From Spirochaetia bacterium (GTDB lineage: Bacteria > Spirochaetota > Spirochaetia > UBA9216): 64,000 nt of DNA. The position numbers and the translations under genes were made by a program. The stretch lies in NCBI GenBank assembly GCA_963675665.1, contig OY776510.1, positions 3,072,001-3,136,000 of the forward strand, in the 5' to 3' direction. Positions 1-9,683 of the stretch are shown here, in pieces. Numbering within the stretch: the first letter of the stretch is position 1; every line of letters begins with the position of its first letter. The notes below the pieces were generated by a model. The model ran no database searches. It had not been told where the DNA came from and saw only the letters and a list, made by a program, of their open reading frames with translations.

Positions 1-2
1 AC

Positions 3-2369
3 ACTGATAATGGTCGTATAAATACTTCCATACCTATTGACGGCCTGAGATTGTTCGGATTAAACGATGTAAACAACAGCAATGTTCTCTGGTTTGGTTC
101 TACCAACTCCGGACTTATAAAACTGGACAAGAATAAAAAACTTGTCAGTTATCTTGATGAGGAGAAACAGGCAAGGGTTAAAATTATCCTTGCACAGGAA
201 GAAAGCGGGGGGTTGTGGATTTCGAGTTTTGGTGAGGGTTTGCAGAAGTTCGACACAAACAGTGAAAAATTAATCGCTGAATACAATCTTACCCTTGCAA
301 AGACAGGTAATCCTTCAGGCTTTTTCAAGGACTCAAAAGAACGCTGCTGGGTTTCGTTTCAGAACGACGGGCCTGCTTTGTTTGATCCTGCAGACGGTAA
401 CTTTATTTATTTTGAAAGTTATGCCGGGGCGCCATGGCCGGCAAAGGGGTCGTCCGGAATACTGGAAGACAGGAACGGCATATTATGGATAAGTGGTAAC
501 GGAAGCGGCGAAATTGTCAAATTTGAACCGGATACGAAAAAAATCAGTCTCTATACTCAGTCCGACGGAGTTGCCCTGGGAACCTCGGGGACCTTCTGTC
601 AACAGCCGGTTAAAGAAAATGACGGTTCATTCTGGTTTTCAGGAATGGGAGGCGTTACAAAGTTTTATCCTGAGACCGTAAAAGACAATGAATATAAACC
701 TCCGGTCTTTATTTCAGAGTTAATGCAGAACGGGAAACGGTTATATTTAAGCAGAGATGAGAATACAATCCCTGTATTGAGAATCCCTTCTGAAAAGAAT
801 TATTTCGAGTTTGAAGCAGTTGCTTTGAATTATCGGTTATCGGAAAATAATAAATACAAGTACAGGTTAATTGGCCGTGATAACGAATGGATTGAAACGG
901 GCACCAGAAGAAACGGATTCTACTCCGGGCTGGAAGAAGGAATGTACCGTCTTGAAGTAATGGGATCAAATAATGATGGAATATGGTGTGACGAACCTGC
1001 GCAGTTAAACATCTATGTAGAACCCGATATTCCTGATGATTATGTATTTATTCAATATTCCGAATTAAACGGCGGCGAAAAGAGAAAGTTGAAACATAAC
1101 TCGAATAATCTTTTTATTGAAGCTGTAGAAATTGATTTCTCTATTTTAAACAGTCTAAAGTATAAATATAAACTGGAAGATTATGACGAAGACTGGAGCT
1201 ATATTATAAATGAAAGATATATTTCATATCAGAAGATACCGGCCGGCAAATATTTTTTTAAAGTTGTCAATACTGACAGTGGTAATGAAAAGAATCTGGA
1301 AATTATTATATCTCCTGCCTTTTACAAGTCATGGTGGTTCCTTTGTCTGATTATATTGGCAATTATTGTGATAAGCGGATTATTCTGGCATCAAAGTGTA
1401 AATCACCTGCGCAAAGAACAGGAAGAAATGAAAAGGCACAGGAAAGAGGAGCAGCTTCTTGATAAATCAAGAAAAGAAGCTCTTGAAGCAAGAATAACAG
1501 CGGCTACCGAGCGCGAAAATGCTGTTAAAGCTTTACAAATAAGTGAAGAAAGAAACAGTGAGCTTTTAGCGGCAATGACAGAGGGATTCATTATATCGGA
1601 TAAGAATTGGCAGCTTAAATATGCAAACGACAGGTTCTGTCAAATGATAGGTTATGGCGCAGATGAAATTAAACACAGAAATATTCTGGAATTTATAGAT
1701 GAAGTGTTTCAGGAAAAGTTGAAAAGTAATCTTACAAAATTAAAAAGCGGCGAAAAGACTACTTTTGAAATGCGCTGGATACGGAATGATAATAAAAGAA
1801 TAACCACACTAATCTCTTCAAGCCCTCTTGTCGGCAAGGACGGTGAATATAAGGAAAGTTTTGCAGTAATTACTGATATATCAAAGTTAAAGGAAACTGA
1901 AGAAATACTGCTGAACAGCCAAAAAGAATTAATGATGGAAAAAGACAAACTTGAAGAGGTTAATACCGCTTTAAAAGTATTGTTGAAGAAGAGAGATGAT
2001 GATATAGAAGAAGTAAAAAGCCGGCTGCAGTTAAATATCAGGAAACTTGTTGTTCCCTATACTGAGAAGCTTCTGAAAACCAGAATCGATGAACATCAGA
2101 AAAAGATGCTTGAGATAATAAACACCAACCTGTCGGATATTGCTATGGAATTATCACAGAAGCTGAAACTTGAATATGCTGATTTAACTTATTCTGAAAT
2201 CCAGGTCGCATACCTGATCCGGGACGGACTGGAGACCAAGGAGATTGCTTCTGACCTCAATATTTCAATGCGTACTGTTGAATTCCACAGAGCGAATATC
2301 AGGAAGAAGCTGGGATTGAAAGGTAAAAGTGTTAATTTGAGAGATTACCTGATGAATTTGCATGAATAG
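3..2369 (+). CDS. Membrane-anchored one-component regulator: periplasmic Reg_prop beta-propeller + two Y_Y_Y domains, TM helix, PAS, C-terminal LuxR HTH (5' truncated by window)
   Basis: Frame open from base 3; propeller repeats (EDRNGILWIS, DSKERCWVS); YKYRLIGRDNEW and YKYKLEDYDEDW Y_Y_Y motifs; PAFYKSWWF + TM; PAS (YANDRFCQMIGY); LuxR HTH (LTYSEIQVAYLIRDGLETKEIASDLNISMRTVEFHRANIRKKLG). Confidence 0.85.
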   Translation, partial: TDNGRINTSIPIDGLRLFGLNDVNNSNVLWFGSTNSGLIKLDKNKKLVSYLDEEKQARVKIILAQEESGGLWISSFGEGLQKFDTNSEKLIAEYNLTLAKTGNPSGFFKDSKERCWVSFQNDGPALFDPADGNFIYFESYAGAPWPAKGSSGILEDRNGILWISGNGSGEIVKFEPDTKKISLYTQSDGVALGTSGTFCQQPVKENDGSFWFSGMGGVTKFYPETVKDNEYKPPVFISELMQNGKRLYLSRDENTIPVLRIPSEKNYFEFEAVALNYRLSENNKYKYRLIGRDNEWIETGTRRNGFYSGLEEGMYRLEVMGSNNDGIWCDEPAQLNIYVEPDIPDDYVFIQYSELNGGEKRKLKHNSNNLFIEAVEIDFSILNSLKYKYKLEDYDEDWSYIINERYISYQKIPAGKYFFKVVNTDSGNEKNLEIIISPAFYKSWWFLCLIILAIIVISGLFWHQSVNHLRKEQEEMKRHRKEEQLLDKSRKEALEARITAATERENAVKALQISEERNSELLAAMTEGFIISDKNWQLKYANDRFCQMIGYGADEIKHRNILEFIDEVFQEKLKSNLTKLKSGEKTTFEMRWIRNDNKRITTLISSSPLVGKDGEYKESFAVITDISKLKETEEILLNSQKELMMEKDKLEEVNTALKVLLKKRDDDIEEVKSRLQLNIRKLVVPYTEKLLKTRIDEHQKKMLEIINTNLSDIAMELSQKLKLEYADLTYSEIQVAYLIRDGLETKEIASDLNISMRTVEFHRANIRKKLGLKGKSVNLRDYLMNLHE

Positions 2370-2402
2370 ATAGAAAAAGTGAAATTTAAAGTTCTCTCAC
2401 TA

Positions 2403-2470
2403 CTAGTAAAATGCCCGTAGTATTCCGGTAGTTTCCCAACGTTGACTGTCGGGAAATATGGCTTTTAAAT
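2403..2470 (+). promoter_or_regulatory. Putative LuxR-type operator repeats and promoter of the hydrolase cluster
   Basis: (c/g)GTAGT direct repeats at 2416 and 2427 (11-bp spacing, weaker copy at 2403) just upstream of TTGACT (2442-2447), which lies inside the imperfect inverted repeat ttcccaac...gtcgggaa. Confidence 0.4.
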
Positions 2471-2508
2471 AATAATTAAAATTACACATTTATTTTTTAG
2501 GAGGACTT

Positions 2509-3927
2509 ATGAAAGTGTTTAAATCCGAAACCTTCAAAGTCGTTATGCTATGTATTTTCATGGTTATGACGGCAGGAGTGTTATTTGCCGGAGGGCAGCA
2601 GGATGTTGCCGGAGAACGGATTATAACCGACGAAGTATTTGCACCCGAAAAGGTTGGTATGGACAGCGAAATTCTCGACGAAGGTATTTCCAGAATTGTC
2701 AATACTTATATAGACAGTAAGAATATACCCGGTGCTGTCGTTCTGGTTGCAAGACATGGAAAAATCTGTTACTTCGAAGCTTTCGGCGAAATGCAGGAAG
2801 GACAGCCGATGACCAAAGATGCTATTTTCAGTCTTGTTTCCATGAGTAAGACCCCTGTGGCAGCTGCTGCAATGACCCTGGTTGATCAGGGCAAAATACT
2901 TTTAACTGATCCAATCTCAATGTACATCCCTGAATTCGCCGAAATGATGGTTGCGGAACTCGATGAAAATGGAGAAATAGTTCTTGTTCCGGCTAAAAGA
3001 GAATTGACTCTTCATGATTTTCTGTCAATGACTACAGGGATTTTCAGACCGACAAACAACACCGGGGATCCTGCTGCTGATGCATATACCGGGGATCCGG
3101 TTATGGATTTTGTAGGCGATTTGATGAGAGATTCAGGAATTATGACAGGTTGTGACGACTATGATCTGACGATTGAAGAAAACGCGAAACTTGTAGCAAA
3201 ACTTCCGCTTATTTTTCATCCGGGTGAAGGTTTCGGTTATACCGATCCAAGTGCAGATGTGCTCGGTTACATTATTGAGGTAGTTTCAGGCATGCCTCTT
3301 GACGAATACATGGAAGAAAGTATTTTTAAACCGTTGGGTATGGTTGATTCGTCTTTTTATCCTGAAGATTCAAAGATTGAGCGGATACCTTCAATGTTCT
3401 GGGGCGGCGGACCAGGCACACCGGCAGAATTGTTAGGCGAATGGTGGGACAGGGATTTTGTTCACGGCGGTTACGGTTGTTGTCCGTTGGGGCTCGGAGG
3501 AGTTCTTGGTGAACATAAAAAGTGGTTCAGCGGAGCAGGCGGATTGTATTCAACTGCGGCCGACTTTTTCCCGTTTGCACAGATGATGCTGGACGGAGGA
3601 ATGTATAACGGAAAAAGAATTTTAAGTGAACAGTCGGTAAACAAAATGACAACAAACCAGATTGGAGAAAATCACAATTCATTCTGGGCAAACGACTGGG
3701 GTTATATGCTGGATATTCAGGACGATAATGTTGCAGATTTGCCGTTCGATCATGATAACGGTGGTCCCGGAGCGTACGGATGGATGGGTGCAGCAGGTAC
3801 CAGATGGTATGCAAATCCCAATGAAGATACAGTAATAATTTTTATGTCACAGTTATGGTTTCTGTGGAATATTCTTCCGGCAAGCGAAAGGATTGTCGGT
3901 GTAGTAAACCAGTCGATAATGGACTGA
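2509..3927 (+). CDS. Exported serine hydrolase, beta-lactamase class C/EstB-like family
   Basis: SxxK motif SMSK, PLIFHPGEGFGY, GAGGLYST, YGWMGAAGT; signal peptide ending LFAGGQQD; RBS aggagg. Confidence 0.88.
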   Translation: MKVFKSETFKVVMLCIFMVMTAGVLFAGGQQDVAGERIITDEVFAPEKVGMDSEILDEGISRIVNTYIDSKNIPGAVVLVARHGKICYFEAFGEMQEGQPMTKDAIFSLVSMSKTPVAAAAMTLVDQGKILLTDPISMYIPEFAEMMVAELDENGEIVLVPAKRELTLHDFLSMTTGIFRPTNNTGDPAADAYTGDPVMDFVGDLMRDSGIMTGCDDYDLTIEENAKLVAKLPLIFHPGEGFGYTDPSADVLGYIIEVVSGMPLDEYMEESIFKPLGMVDSSFYPEDSKIERIPSMFWGGGPGTPAELLGEWWDRDFVHGGYGCCPLGLGGVLGEHKKWFSGAGGLYSTAADFFPFAQMMLDGGMYNGKRILSEQSVNKMTTNQIGENHNSFWANDWGYMLDIQDDNVADLPFDHDNGGPGAYGWMGAAGTRWYANPNEDTVIIFMSQLWFLWNILPASERIVGVVNQSIMD

Positions 3928-3945
3928 ATATTTTTAAATTAACTT

Positions 3946-3969
3946 TATCCCGGCAATTGCGCCGGGATA
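3946..3969 (+). terminator. Stem-loop after serine hydrolase (terminator or mRNA processing/stability hairpin)
   Basis: Perfect 9-bp inverted repeat tatcccggc/gccgggata, 6-nt loop; no good U-tract on + strand. Confidence 0.55.
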
Positions 3970-3990
3970 TAAAATTTGAGTGAGGAATAA

Positions 3991-4494
3991 ATGAATAAGA
4001 AAATAATCAGCATACTGTTATGCTTAATCATATCCGTATTTTTTTTACCAAATCTTTTTGCGGCACCTTCCCGCGTATCAGCACAGCCAATAGACGATGA
4101 TGTTATAAGAATCTACGCATACCGTACAGACCCGCTGGTGACTCTTGATGAGAACAATCCCGGGTTTCTGGTAGAGATAGTAAAAGAGGTTATCAGGCAC
4201 CCTGAATTCCCAGTCGAAGTCGAAGTCAGTCCTGTTGCTGTGCTTATGAAATACAGTCTGATCCAGGCTGTGGGTGTAGGTGCAATCGGTTTAACAAGTG
4301 ATTTTTCAAGTACTGACTTGAAGGACCTGAAAGAAATTCCCTTATACGAACTGAAAGGAAAAATCTATAAACTGTTTTTCAATTCTTTGAATCCGCAGGG
4401 CGTGGAATTATTCGAATCAACTGCAGAAAATGTTCAGGCTTTGAAAAGCAGCAGTAGATTTGAAGAGCTAATGAACAAGTACAAACTTAAATAA
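3991..4494 (+). CDS. Exported hypothetical protein, resembling a shortened family-3 solute-binding protein
   Basis: Signal peptide; P..PGFLVEIVKEV and C-terminal LKSSSRFEELMNKY resemble the termini of SBP family 3 proteins; RBS gagg. Confidence 0.55.
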   Translation: MNKKIISILLCLIISVFFLPNLFAAPSRVSAQPIDDDVIRIYAYRTDPLVTLDENNPGFLVEIVKEVIRHPEFPVEVEVSPVAVLMKYSLIQAVGVGAIGLTSDFSSTDLKDLKEIPLYELKGKIYKLFFNSLNPQGVELFESTAENVQALKSSSRFEELMNKYKLK

Positions 4495-4506
4495 GCAGGG
4501 TATTTT

Positions 4507-5802
4507 ATGATATCGGCAATAATTGCATTAATTGTTTTAATAACCGTAGTTGTATTAACGTCTACTGTAATAAAAGTCCCGGCTCCGTTTGGACTTGTAA
4601 TTTCGGCTGTGGCTGCCGGTCTTGTTGCCGGTGTCGGTTTGCCGCTGACAAATATTGTTGAGGGTTCTTTCGGTTTTTTCTATATAGTATTAACATTCGG
4701 CTGCGGATTGATTTTTGTTAAAGTCATGACTGAAATTGGATTTGACGAAGCAATAAAAAACCTGATTCTTGATAATCTCAGTGAAAAAAAAGCATTGCTG
4801 TTTTTAAGCTTGATGGCAATCCTTATGATTCCCGGCATGCTTACAGGAATCGGTTCGGTTGCAGTTATAAGCACCGGCACTGTTGTTGCATCGGTATTGA
4901 CAGGTATGGGGGTTCCAAAGTCATGGACCGCAGTATTTATTATTACCGGTGCCATTCTCGGAATGATTGCGCCGCCGGTAAATTTACCGTTGATGTATAT
5001 GGGAGTTTTGATAGCTTTGCCGTATGCGGGGTTTACTGAAATTCTCCTGCTGTTAACAGTTCCGCTCGCAATATTCTTTGCACTTTTTATCGGTTTTAAA
5101 TTTTCAGGAAAAGAATCAGTTGAAAATATGAAAATCATTCCTGCAGAACAGGCGAAGACTGACAATCCAAAAGAAAACAGAAAAAACCTGATTGTCTATC
5201 TGCCTATAACAGTTGTAATTGTGCTTTTGGTATTGGAACGCGTAATGCCTGTTTGGGTTGATTTGGGTTTGCCGCTTATTCTTTTGATAGGCGCGCTTGT
5301 CGGTTTGCCGATGATGGGGTTAAAAAGATTTTTTAATTTATCTGCAGAGGCTTTGCGAGGCCAGGGGTTTATCATTCTTATGATAATACTTACTGCCGGA
5401 GTAAAAGGAGAGTTTTTATCGTTGAGTGGAGTTCGGGGATTACTGGCGACATTTTTCTTTGCAGTTATTCCGGCATGGCTTTTCCTGCCGGGTCTTGTCA
5501 GTTTACCCCTGCTGGGAGCATTTGGCACTGTTTTCGGAGCAACCTTCATTTTGGGTTACCCTCTGGTTCTTGCCCTGTTGCCGAAAAGCAGCATTATTTG
5601 TGCAGCTGCGTTATCAATGATAGCGGCAGTAGCCGATATTATGCCGCCGACTGCATTATCTGGCAATATAGCTGCTCATCTTGTTGGAGAAAAGCTGTAT
5701 CGGAGGGTTTTTGCAAGAGCTTTATTTCCGGCGATTGTAATGATAGTTGTTGCAATTTTAGCGATTATATTTGCCGATCCTCTAAGCGCCTGGCTGACCT
5801 GA
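4507..5802 (+). CDS. TRAP large permease (DctM-like)/ion-transporter superfamily membrane protein
   Basis: About 12 hydrophobic segments; GMIAPPVN and DIMPPTAL hairpin motifs. Confidence 0.75.
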   Translation: MISAIIALIVLITVVVLTSTVIKVPAPFGLVISAVAAGLVAGVGLPLTNIVEGSFGFFYIVLTFGCGLIFVKVMTEIGFDEAIKNLILDNLSEKKALLFLSLMAILMIPGMLTGIGSVAVISTGTVVASVLTGMGVPKSWTAVFIITGAILGMIAPPVNLPLMYMGVLIALPYAGFTEILLLLTVPLAIFFALFIGFKFSGKESVENMKIIPAEQAKTDNPKENRKNLIVYLPITVVIVLLVLERVMPVWVDLGLPLILLIGALVGLPMMGLKRFFNLSAEALRGQGFIILMIILTAGVKGEFLSLSGVRGLLATFFFAVIPAWLFLPGLVSLPLLGAFGTVFGATFILGYPLVLALLPKSSIICAAALSMIAAVADIMPPTALSGNIAAHLVGEKLYRRVFARALFPAIVMIVVAILAIIFADPLSAWLT

Positions 5803-5815
5803 AAGGAGAAAGACG

Positions 5816-5980
5816 ATGAGTGAAATAATATTTATACAATGGCTTTACAAAGCGATAATAGCCTTTTTTATTGTGCTTTTTATTAAAAATATCATGGATA
5901 AAGAATCTACTGTTTTCGGCCAGATAATGAATGCTTTCATTATGATTCCATTTGTGTTGCGGCTTTTGTCAATCAGGTGA
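5816..5980 (+). CDS. 54-aa two-TM membrane peptide (not in ORF track)
   Basis: RBS aaggag; MSEIIFIQWLYKAIIAFFIVLFIKNIMDKESTVFGQIMNAFIMIPFVLRLLSIR fills the gap between permease and deacylase. Confidence 0.75.
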   Translation: MSEIIFIQWLYKAIIAFFIVLFIKNIMDKESTVFGQIMNAFIMIPFVLRLLSIR

Positions 5981-5993
5981 TAAAGGAATAATA

Positions 5994-7151
5994 ATGAATA
6001 TAATATTCGATAAAATAAAATCAGCAGACAGAAGAGTAACCGGTATGATATTTCTGGTTTTGTCTGTAATCGCAATGATTTATACAGGCAACCAAATATT
6101 AAAGATGCATGAACCGGATATTTTGTATCCCGGGGAAGGCGTAACCGAAAAAAAGAGTCTAAGCGATTATGAACAGGGGCTTCAGAACAGCCCTGCAGAT
6201 ACAGATATTTATTTTCTTGAAAGCGGCGAACCGGGGGCAAAAGTCCTTGTGCTGGGAGGTACTCATAATGATGAACCGTCGGGGCAGTTGTCGGCAATAA
6301 CACTTCTTGAAAATGCGGTAGTAACCTGCGGCAGTCTTTATGTGATACCCCGTATAAATAACAGTGGGGCGACATATACCCAGGAAATGACAGGCCAGCC
6401 TAAATATGTTGAGTTGGAGACAGCAAAGGGGATTAGAAAAATAAGAACAGGATCAAGATATGCGAATACTGCGCATCAGTTTCCCGACCCGGATGTCTTT
6501 GAGAATACCGGTCATGCAAAATATCCCGGTCCCGAATCAAGAAATATGAACCGGGTATATCCCGGACGCACGGACGGATATCTTGCGGAGCGTGCTGCCC
6601 ATGCACTTGTGGAATTCGTTAAAAAGGAAGAAATCGATCTTGTAATAGATTTACATGAGGCAGTGCCTGAGCATTATGTTGTTAATTGCATGATTGGACA
6701 CGATACGGCAATGGAAGTTGTCGCATTCACTCTTATGAGTCTTCAGATGCAGGGAATAGATATCAAGATGTATCCGTCTCCAGATGTTCCGGGTTTTTCT
6801 CACAGATCAATAGGCGACAGTACCGGGGCAATGGTTGTCCTTGCCGAAACTACAAATATTCTTCAGGGAGCTTTCAGGGGAAAACCGACACAGGAATTGC
6901 TGCAGACCGGAAAAGATCCTTTCTACGATATACTTGTCAGGAAAGAAAAGGTATTTGTAGATTACTCATCAGAAATTGGGGTCTCATTGAGTGAAAGGGT
7001 AGGCAGGCATCTGACTACAGTTATGGAATTGACAAGAACCCTTTCTTTTTATGATCCGGAAAAAATGATCATGATTGAGAATGTCCCTGAAATACAGGAA
7101 TTAATGGACAATGGAATTGAAACATATCTTGAACCGAAATCGGACGTATAA
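5994..7151 (+). CDS. Membrane-anchored succinylglutamate desuccinylase/aspartoacylase (M14-like zinc deacylase)
   Basis: GGTHNDE (HxxE), NMNR, IDLHE motifs; N-terminal TM; start moved to ATG 5994 behind aagga. Confidence 0.8.
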   Translation: MNIIFDKIKSADRRVTGMIFLVLSVIAMIYTGNQILKMHEPDILYPGEGVTEKKSLSDYEQGLQNSPADTDIYFLESGEPGAKVLVLGGTHNDEPSGQLSAITLLENAVVTCGSLYVIPRINNSGATYTQEMTGQPKYVELETAKGIRKIRTGSRYANTAHQFPDPDVFENTGHAKYPGPESRNMNRVYPGRTDGYLAERAAHALVEFVKKEEIDLVIDLHEAVPEHYVVNCMIGHDTAMEVVAFTLMSLQMQGIDIKMYPSPDVPGFSHRSIGDSTGAMVVLAETTNILQGAFRGKPTQELLQTGKDPFYDILVRKEKVFVDYSSEIGVSLSERVGRHLTTVMELTRTLSFYDPEKMIMIENVPEIQELMDNGIETYLEPKSDV

Positions 7152-7174
7152 AAATATTAATTAGGAGATTACTT

Positions 7175-7756
7175 ATGAAGCAAGCAAGGAAACAGTTAAC
7201 AATTATAATTGTATTAATAATGATTTGTATTTTTCCAAACCTGTTAACAGCCCAGGAAATAAACGGCGTAAAGAATTATCCTGCACCGTTTTTAATGACG
7301 GCGGCCGGTCAAACACCGGACGCTTTAATGGTTAAAATAGTAGCCCAGAAGAATAAACTGGATTTTACTTTTGAAGCACTTGCCGAGGCAGATGATCTTG
7401 CGGGAAACAAAACTCTGGTTCTTGTAATGGGAGTGAGCATGAAAGGCCTCGGTTCCGCAGGGATTGATATGGATGAGGAATTCGATCGAATAAACGGAAT
7501 GATTGAAAAGGCAAGAAAAGATGATATCGGCATTATCGGAATATTTGCAGGAGGTGCCGGCGGAAGAGGCGGGCGTGATGAATTGACAGATTCAGTAATA
7601 GCAGAGGTCGCGCCAAGAGTAGATTACCTGGTTGTAATTAAAACAGGGGACAAGGACGGATATCTTAAATCTATTGCAGAAAAAAACAGTATTCCGCTGA
7701 CATATATGAATACAATCATGGATATGAACAAAATTGTTCCGCAAATCTTTCAGTAG
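7175..7756 (+). CDS. DUF6305-like exported protein
   Basis: Signal peptide; TAAGQTPD, LVMGVSMKGLGSAGID, GGRGGRDELTD motifs as recalled for this family; context next to deacylase and permease. Confidence 0.65.
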   Translation: MKQARKQLTIIIVLIMICIFPNLLTAQEINGVKNYPAPFLMTAAGQTPDALMVKIVAQKNKLDFTFEALAEADDLAGNKTLVLVMGVSMKGLGSAGIDMDEEFDRINGMIEKARKDDIGIIGIFAGGAGGRGGRDELTDSVIAEVAPRVDYLVVIKTGDKDGYLKSIAEKNSIPLTYMNTIMDMNKIVPQIFQ

Positions 7757-7775
7757 ACAATCAGCAGGAGTGTAT

Positions 7776-9413
7776 ATGTATTTTAATATAAACAATAATG
7801 GAAGATTTCTGATATTTCTTGTTATTTTAACATTCTTGATTCCTTCGGTATTTATTTTCAGTGAAGGCATGCAGGAATATGAACAGTCGCTGCTTGAAAA
7901 GGAAGAACTGAGTCTGATGGTACAGCAATTGTCCGATGAAATTGAAGACATGAAAGAGCAGAATGTTGATCCCTATAAAGAGATAGGTTCTGTTCCCGGT
8001 TATAACCCGAGAGCAAAATACTATGAAGTTCCGGAAGGCTTTAAAAAGATTGATTCACGAGTCAGGTATATAGGTAACCTGCGCGGCAGCTGGGAAGAGA
8101 TGGGATATCAATACGGTGAAAGAACAGGCGATTTGATTCTTAATGTTTTTAACTATTCTGTAGATTTTTTTGCTCAAAGAAATAAAGATATTAATCAGCT
8201 TAAAACAGAACTGAAATTATATCAGGCTCAAATAGAAGCGTATGCGCCGGAGATGATGGAATTTATGAAGGGCATTGCCGACGGAGCTTCCTGGCAGTTG
8301 AGCGAATCTCCCTATGCTGAAGATATGAGCGATTTTGAAAAAATTCTTCTTGTAAATATCCATCTGGATCTTGATTTTTTTCCACCGAAAACAGACGGCG
8401 GAAAAGATTTTTCAATTGAGTATTCAACTCATGATTCTCTGGCTTTAAAAGAACATTGTACCGGTTTTGCATGCAGCGGAAAGGATAGCGGCGAATTACT
8501 GTCTCCCACGAAGAATGGAGAAACAATTGTTGTAAATAACTGTGATCTTGCACAATTTGTTCCATACGGCTGGAATTGCGTTTTTATAGCCACACCAAAT
8601 GATCCGGATGCAAATACTTTCTGGTCCATACAGCCTGCTGGTGTTGTCGGCGGGTTGAATTTATGTGCCAATGATGAAGGTGTTTCACTTGGTAATTTCT
8701 TCGGAGGTCAGAGTGAGGATACCTCGTATGATTACGGCGTTCCAATGGGCGTATTGCAGATCCATGCCCTGGCGTATGCAGATACTGCAGATGAAGCCGT
8801 TGAAATTATGGTTTTTGGAGACGAGAGATACAGGTTCGAAACCAATCGCAAAAAGGTCCTTCAGACCGGGTTATGGTCCTATCTTGCAGCCGATTCCAAT
8901 GAAGTTATGGTTCTTGAAACAACGCCGAATCGTCATGCCGTTCGTTCTCCCGGCGACATGAATGAAACAGGGAATTATGTCATTTATGCCAACTGGTACG
9001 GTTCGAAACACTATTATGATGAAAACAATGTTTTCGTAAATGAACCAATCGGCATTTGCCCTCCTGAATTCCCGGAGAGGTATTATACTTATGAATGGTT
9101 TATAAAATATAATTTTGGTCAGATTGACGAAGCTATGGCTAAAGAGGGACAGAAGATAACCTACTATTATGAAAAGGATACCGGGCGCAGAATTGATTTT
9201 CTTGAGGGCAGTTCGTATCCGCTGTATTTGGGTGTGCATACCATTTCAGCATACTGGGGTGCGGCTCTTGGAATGGATATCGGCGGAACGGCCCATGCTT
9301 CACAGGTTATTGTTGAACCGGCCGGACGAATAAAGTTGAACTGGGTCCAGGGGAGGCCGTGTGAATGGGTCGGCCCATGGCAGTCGGCAGATTTTTTCGG
9401 ATATCAGAAGTAG
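7776..9413 (+). CDS. Exported C45-family Ntn hydrolase (autoproteolytic acyltransferase/amidase)
   Basis: GSWEEMGYQYG, MKGIADGA, HCTGF (nucleophile Cys), NDEGVS; start ATG 7776 behind aggag. Confidence 0.75.
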   Translation: MYFNINNNGRFLIFLVILTFLIPSVFIFSEGMQEYEQSLLEKEELSLMVQQLSDEIEDMKEQNVDPYKEIGSVPGYNPRAKYYEVPEGFKKIDSRVRYIGNLRGSWEEMGYQYGERTGDLILNVFNYSVDFFAQRNKDINQLKTELKLYQAQIEAYAPEMMEFMKGIADGASWQLSESPYAEDMSDFEKILLVNIHLDLDFFPPKTDGGKDFSIEYSTHDSLALKEHCTGFACSGKDSGELLSPTKNGETIVVNNCDLAQFVPYGWNCVFIATPNDPDANTFWSIQPAGVVGGLNLCANDEGVSLGNFFGGQSEDTSYDYGVPMGVLQIHALAYADTADEAVEIMVFGDERYRFETNRKKVLQTGLWSYLAADSNEVMVLETTPNRHAVRSPGDMNETGNYVIYANWYGSKHYYDENNVFVNEPIGICPPEFPERYYTYEWFIKYNFGQIDEAMAKEGQKITYYYEKDTGRRIDFLEGSSYPLYLGVHTISAYWGAALGMDIGGTAHASQVIVEPAGRIKLNWVQGRPCEWVGPWQSADFFGYQK

Positions 9414-9425
9414 CAAATATTTCAC

Positions 9426-9462
9426 ATTATATTCCCGGGAGGTTTTAACCCGGGAATATAAT
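9426..9462. terminator. Probable bidirectional terminator between convergent operons
   Basis: Perfect 14-bp inverted repeat attatattcccggg/cccgggaatataat. Confidence 0.7.
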
Positions 9463-9683
9463 ATCAGTTCAGGTTCATGAATCACGGTTCGGATTTAGAA
9501 GCGTTATTTTATCGTGGGAGAAAGAAAGTAATTGTACTGACGGGCGATGATTTTTATCTTTCGGATTTGTGCGGCGAGTCCGAGGCCTAAGAAGAACTTG
9601 ATATTCTTCTGAAAAAGTTTTGTGCAGAATGATTAAACGCTGATATTTGAATTGATAAAATGATTATTTTATCTTGTGTTAAA

